Source: Blochmannia endosymbiont of Camponotus modoc
GTDB lineage: Bacteria > Pseudomonadota > Gammaproteobacteria > Enterobacterales > Enterobacteriaceae
Length of the DNA stretch: 32,000 nucleotides
Assembly: GCF_023585785.1 (NCBI RefSeq)
Contig: NZ_CP097765.1
Coordinates: forward strand, 630,001 to 662,000
Direction of reading: 5' to 3'
The translations under genes were made by a program, and so were the position numbers. Shown here in pieces: positions 28,279-32,000 of this stretch (position 1 is its first letter; each line of letters begins with the position of its first letter). The notes under the pieces were generated by a model that worked only from the letters and a program-made list of their open reading frames with translations, was not told the DNA's origin and did no database searches.

Positions 28279-29118
28279 ATGTTTCGCATCGTTGCGTCTG
28301 ATTTAGATGGTACCCTGCTAACACCGGACCACCGATTAACGTCTTTTACTAAAAAGATTCTAAAATTATTAACTACTCGTAATATTCATTTTGTTTTTGC
28401 TACTGGCCGGCATCATACAAACGTTATGCAAATACGTGATAATTTGAAAATTAATTCTTATATGATTACTTCTAATGGAGCTAGAATACATAATACTCAC
28501 GGGAAATTAATTGCTTCTTACGATTTAGCTACAGAAATTGTAGATGATTTATTACGAGTAGTACATCATGATTCTCAAATTATTACCAATATTTTTTATA
28601 ATGATAAGTGGCTCATCAACCGATCAATATCAAAACAAAATTGTTTTTATAACGGATATGAATCTAATTATCATATATATCAGAAAGATACATTGCCCTT
28701 GGATGGTATCTGTAAAGTATATTTCACTAGTAATAATTACACACGACTGTTGTCTTTAGAAAAGAAATTACATGCGCGTTGGAATAATCGAATCAATATT
28801 AGTTTTTCGCTCCCTACATGTCTTGAAGTGATGCCAGAAGGAGTTTCAAAGGGACATGCTTTAGAGCAAGTAGTTAAATTATTAGGTTGTCAACTAAAAG
28901 ATTGTATTTCATTTGGGGATGGAATGAATGATCAAGAAATGTTAAAAATGGCAGGAAAAGGCTGTATAATGAGCAATGCACAGCAAAGACTCAAAGATAC
29001 CCTTCCATTCTTAGAAATTATTGGCAGCAATAAAGATGATGCAGTGCCTCATTATTTACAATGTATTTATCATAATAAATGGTCTGATTCGTCATTAACA
29101 AGTGGTGTTTTAAACTAA
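28279..29118 (+). CDS. yigL: Cof-type HAD sugar/pyridoxal phosphate phosphatase YigL
   Basis: The 279-aa ORF is collinear with E. coli YigL (266 aa). Shared blocks include VASDLDGTLL.PDH.L, FVFATGRHH......RDNL.I.SYMITSNGAR.H, NISFS..TCLEVM..GVSKGHALE.V.K.LG..LKDCI.FGDGMND.EML.MAGKGCIM..A.QRLKD and IG.N.DDAVPHYL. It has a 13-aa C-terminal extension. Confidence 0.92.
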   Translation: MFRIVASDLDGTLLTPDHRLTSFTKKILKLLTTRNIHFVFATGRHHTNVMQIRDNLKINSYMITSNGARIHNTHGKLIASYDLATEIVDDLLRVVHHDSQIITNIFYNDKWLINRSISKQNCFYNGYESNYHIYQKDTLPLDGICKVYFTSNNYTRLLSLEKKLHARWNNRINISFSLPTCLEVMPEGVSKGHALEQVVKLLGCQLKDCISFGDGMNDQEMLKMAGKGCIMSNAQQRLKDTLPFLEIIGSNKDDAVPHYLQCIYHNKWSDSSLTSGVLN

Positions 29119-29555
29119 TATTTTTTATTAAAAATATTGTGGTTTTTTAATATTTTTTCGTTATTTGTCGAATAGTTTTATGAATTTACTACATGAGCTT
29201 TCGTGTTTGTATTGATGACTTTTATATATAATGAAAGCTCATAATATTGTTTTGAATACTTAATAAAATATGATTTTGCCTAATTAACAAAATTTTTAAA
29301 AAGTTATATTTCAAACAAAATACTGTATAAAAATAATTATTAATATATATTTTTTTAAAAAATTATAATTTTTGTAATTTCACTATAGTAAAATTAGCTT
29401 GTTGCACTTTAAGTGAAATAATAAATAAATGTATAAATTTTTTTATACTTAATTTTTAAAAAATTATTTATGCTAATTAATTTAAGAGGATCTACTAAAA
29501 ATTAAATTTAAAACATCCAAATATATTTATATAATAAAATAACTTTTCAATTAAA

Positions 29556-30149
29556 TCATACACATAAATAACTATGTATCCCATCAAGTAACATTTGAGT
29601 AGAAATCATTACTAATAGTAAACCCATTAACCTCTCCAATGCCCCGATACCTTTACTACCTAATAAACGAGAGAATACATTAGATAACATCAAAATTAAC
29701 ATAGATAATCCCCACGCAACAATTAATGCTAAAATTAAAAAATTGATTTTCTGAGGATATTGATGAGACAATAACAACAACGTTGCTAAAATTGAAGGAC
29801 CAGCGACTAAAGGGATAGCAAGTGGCACTAAAAAAGGTTCTTCTCCATCTGAAAACCCAGTATTATTCCCTTCTTCTGAAGGAAATATCATTTTTATGGC
29901 AATTAAAAACAACACAATACCTCCAGAAATTGAAACGGTTTCCGTGTGTAAATTAAGAAATATTAAAATATGTTCACCAACAAATAAAAATCCTAACATT
30001 AATAATAAAGCGATTATCATCTCTCTAATTATTATAATTTGACGTCGTTTTGGTTCTAGATCTTTTAATATCGACATAAAAATTGGTAAATTTCCGATAG
30101 GATCCATAATTAAAAACAATAGAACTGTAGCTGATATCATTTCATTCAT
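29556..30149 (-). CDS. yhgN: MarC-family (UPF0056) inner-membrane protein YhgN
   Basis: The 197-aa ORF has the same length as E. coli YhgN and is collinear with it. Shared blocks include MNE.ISA.VLL.LIMDP.GNLPIFMS.LK..EPKRR, ETVSISGGI.LFLIAIKMIFPS, GEEPF.VPLAIPLVAGP.ILATL.LLSHQYP, ALERLMGL.LVM..TQM.LDGI. It is divergent from asd, as in E. coli. Confidence 0.9.
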   Translation of the reverse strand: MNEMISATVLLFLIMDPIGNLPIFMSILKDLEPKRRQIIIIREMIIALLLMLGFLFVGEHILIFLNLHTETVSISGGIVLFLIAIKMIFPSEEGNNTGFSDGEEPFLVPLAIPLVAGPSILATLLLLSHQYPQKINFLILALIVAWGLSMLILMLSNVFSRLLGSKGIGALERLMGLLLVMISTQMLLDGIHSYLCV

Positions 30150-30314
30150 TATTATTTTCCTAAAAGTTATTTGTGTTTTATATACACTACGCTTTTTATA
30201 AAGTAAATTACAAAATATTATTACAAACGTATTACATCATATTACTTATAATACACGTGTGCCACATAAGATTACATATATTCTTGATACTTAATAATGA
30301 CTGCGAGATTGATA

Positions 30315-31421
30315 ATGAAAAATATTGGATTTGTTGGTTGGAGAGGAATGGTAGGTTCAGTATTAATGAATCGCATGAAAGAAGAAAATGATTTTAGCCA
30401 TTTTCACTCAATATTTCTCTCTACATCACAAATAGGAGAACATGCTCCAAACATTCAAGGATCACAAGAATTATTTTTACAAGACGCTTGTAATACCGAT
30501 CTGCTTAATTCTTTAGATATTATTATTACATGTCAAGGTAGTGCATATAGTAAAATTATTTATCCAAAATTGAGAAAAATCGGATGGACAGGATATTGGA
30601 TTGATAGTGCCTCATTTTTACGAATGAATGATGATGCGATTATTGTTTTGGACCCTGTTAATCAAGTATTGATAAAACAAGGTATAAATAACGGCATTAA
30701 AACATTTGTAGGAGGCAATTGCACTGTAAGTTTAATGTTAATGTCTTTAGGTGGATTATTTGCTCATAATTTAATCGAATGGGTTTTTGCCTCCACGTAT
30801 CAGGCAGCTTCTGGATGTGGAGCGCGTGCCATGCGTGAGCTGTTAATACAAATGGGCCAAGTGTACAATATAGTAACTGATTTGTTAACCTCCCCTTCAA
30901 TGGCTATTCTAGATATTGAACATATAATTACTAAATTTAGTAAAACTGATTCCTTATTAGTAGATTGCTTCAAAGTTCCTTTGATAGGCAATGTCATTCC
31001 GTGGATTGGTGATTATATGTATAATGGCCAAACTCAAGAAGAATGGAAAGGTCAAGCAGAAACTAATAAAATCCTCAATACTTCTAACATTATAACAGTA
31101 GACAGTTTATGCGTACGTGTGGGCTCATTACGTTGTCATAGCCAAGCATTTGTTTTAAAACTTAAAAAAGACATTTGTTTAACAGAAATAGAAGAATTAC
31201 TCCAATCTCATAATAAATGGGTAGAAGTTATCTCAAATGATGTTACGCAATCATTAAACAAATTAACTCCTGTTATGGTATCCGGAACACTCAAAATACC
31301 CATCGGTCGGTTACGCAAATTGCACGCAGGTAACAAATATATTTCAGCTTTTAGCGTGGGCGACCAGTTACTTTGGGGAGCTGCTGAGCCATTACGCAGG
31401 ATATTACGTCAATTACTATAA
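30315..31421 (+). CDS. asd: Aspartate-semialdehyde dehydrogenase
   Basis: From the ATG at 30315 the 368-aa product starts [18 protein letters not shown], as E. coli Asd (367 aa) does. It is collinear throughout, including the active-site block [75 protein letters not shown] and [19 protein letters not shown]. The 18-nt 5' extension in the track was rejected. Confidence 0.96.
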   Translation: MKNIGFVGWRGMVGSVLMNRMKEENDFSHFHSIFLSTSQIGEHAPNIQGSQELFLQDACNTDLLNSLDIIITCQGSAYSKIIYPKLRKIGWTGYWIDSASFLRMNDDAIIVLDPVNQVLIKQGINNGIKTFVGGNCTVSLMLMSLGGLFAHNLIEWVFASTYQAASGCGARAMRELLIQMGQVYNIVTDLLTSPSMAILDIEHIITKFSKTDSLLVDCFKVPLIGNVIPWIGDYMYNGQTQEEWKGQAETNKILNTSNIITVDSLCVRVGSLRCHSQAFVLKLKKDICLTEIEELLQSHNKWVEVISNDVTQSLNKLTPVMVSGTLKIPIGRLRKLHAGNKYISAFSVGDQLLWGAAEPLRRILRQLL

Positions 31422-31581
31422 ATTGTATTTATTCTACAAAAAAATAGATTTACAAATATATAATTTAGGGATAATACAAATAGAAATGCAATTCTGAAAA
31501 TTTTAAACAAATCAACTCAATTATACAATAAAGTTATGGTTACTTTACTAAAAAAATTTTTCAAAATAAAAAATAAAATTG

Positions 31582-32000
31582 TTAATAAAAAGAATGCGTC
31601 CCGTGTTGATGTTGAGTCATATCTAGTACCCCTTTTAATTCTGGAAAAAGATTCTTTAAGGTAGTTTCAATTCCTTCTTTTATGGTATAGCTAGCCATTG
31701 CGCAGCCATTGCATCCTCCATAAAATTTAATAACAGCTAACAGATCTTCAGTAATACGTATTAAAGACACACTGCCTCCATGTAGTTCTAATTGAGGATT
31801 AATCTGAAATTGTAATACATGTCTCACCCGATCTTCCAACGAATCATTGTTCATCTTGTTTCTTATATTATTGCATTCTTTAGTAGCATTAGGAGCTTTA
31901 ATAGTAAGTTGAGAATCTAATTCATTAATCATCATGTCAATTTTTGTGTCTTTAAGGAAAGATATATATACTGGATCTACGTGTACAGAAAAAAGATCAA
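31582..32000 (-). CDS. nfuA: Fe/S biogenesis protein NfuA, 3' part only (the 5' end lies beyond the window)
   Basis: The reading frame stays open upstream of the track's internal Met as far as position 32000 (translated by hand: ...DLFSVHVDPVYISFLKDTKIDMMINELDSQLTIKAPNA), which matches the E. coli NfuA middle region. The C-terminal Nfu domain has QINPQL..HGG.VSL..ITED, the GGCNGC cluster-binding motif, KEGIE..L...FPELKGV.D.T.HQ.G.HS.Y. Confidence 0.9.
   Translation of the reverse strand, partial: DLFSVHVDPVYISFLKDTKIDMMINELDSQLTIKAPNATKECNNIRNKMNNDSLEDRVRHVLQFQINPQLELHGGSVSLIRITEDLLAVIKFYGGCNGCAMASYTIKEGIETTLKNLFPELKGVLDMTQHQHGTHSFY

Noticed and set aside
30173-30391. A 72-aa ORF in the yhgN-asd divergent region, and the 5' extension of asd (30297-30314).
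   Set aside because: Homology to Asd begins exactly at MKNIGF (ATG 30315). The 72-aa ORF overlaps the asd start out of frame and is low-complexity.
1-32000. A search for CRISPR arrays, IS elements or transposases, integrases, prophage genes, toxin-antitoxin pairs, restriction-modification or other defence-type operons, and long dispersed repeats.
   Set aside because: None found. Every ORF with recognisable homology is a conserved housekeeping or biosynthetic gene in E. coli-like order, and the spacers contain no ORFs of 60 aa or more apart from artefacts. I do not claim any novel multi-gene system for this window.

Overview
This window is strongly AT-rich and is a gene-sparse but highly E. 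coli-syntenic piece of a reduced gammaproteobacterial (Enterobacterales) genome. That is the pattern expected of an obligate insect nutritional endosymbiont. The gene content fits a carpenter-ant symbiont such as Candidatus Blochmannia: complete ilvGMEDA plus ilvC, metB/metF, dapF/asd, hemCD, long eroded spacers and no mobile DNA. The organism call is inference only.

The ORFs that resemble known proteins are housekeeping or biosynthetic genes, identified by comparison with E. coli protein sequences recalled from memory. In order they are fpr, rpmE, metB, metF, murI, ilvG-M-E-D-A-C, trxA, rho, hemD, hemC, dapF, yigB, a degraded uvrD, corA, yigL, yhgN, asd and the 3' part of nfuA. There are seven tRNA genes in two clusters: Ala-Asp-Trp and the argX-hisR-leuT-proM operon.

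I found no CRISPR array, IS or transposon, phage or integrase gene, toxin-antitoxin pair or defence-like operon. I therefore do not claim any novel multi-gene system. The points worth a second look concern genome erosion and oddities:
- uvrD is a multiply disrupted pseudogene, and three of its frameshifts sit on 8-nt homopolymers.
- rep, recQ and xerC are missing from their syntenic positions.
- Thioredoxin has a non-canonical CNPC active site.
- A 'ghost' rRNA-operon junction (murI, then tRNA-Ala, tRNA-Asp, tRNA-Trp, with no rRNA) suggests an rrn-mediated rearrangement.
- The regulatory genes and elements metJ, ilvL, ilvY and cyaA are lost.
- Two statistically unlikely palindromes and a hexanucleotide microsatellite lie in otherwise featureless spacers.

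All homology statements come from reading the translations by eye. No database search was possible.
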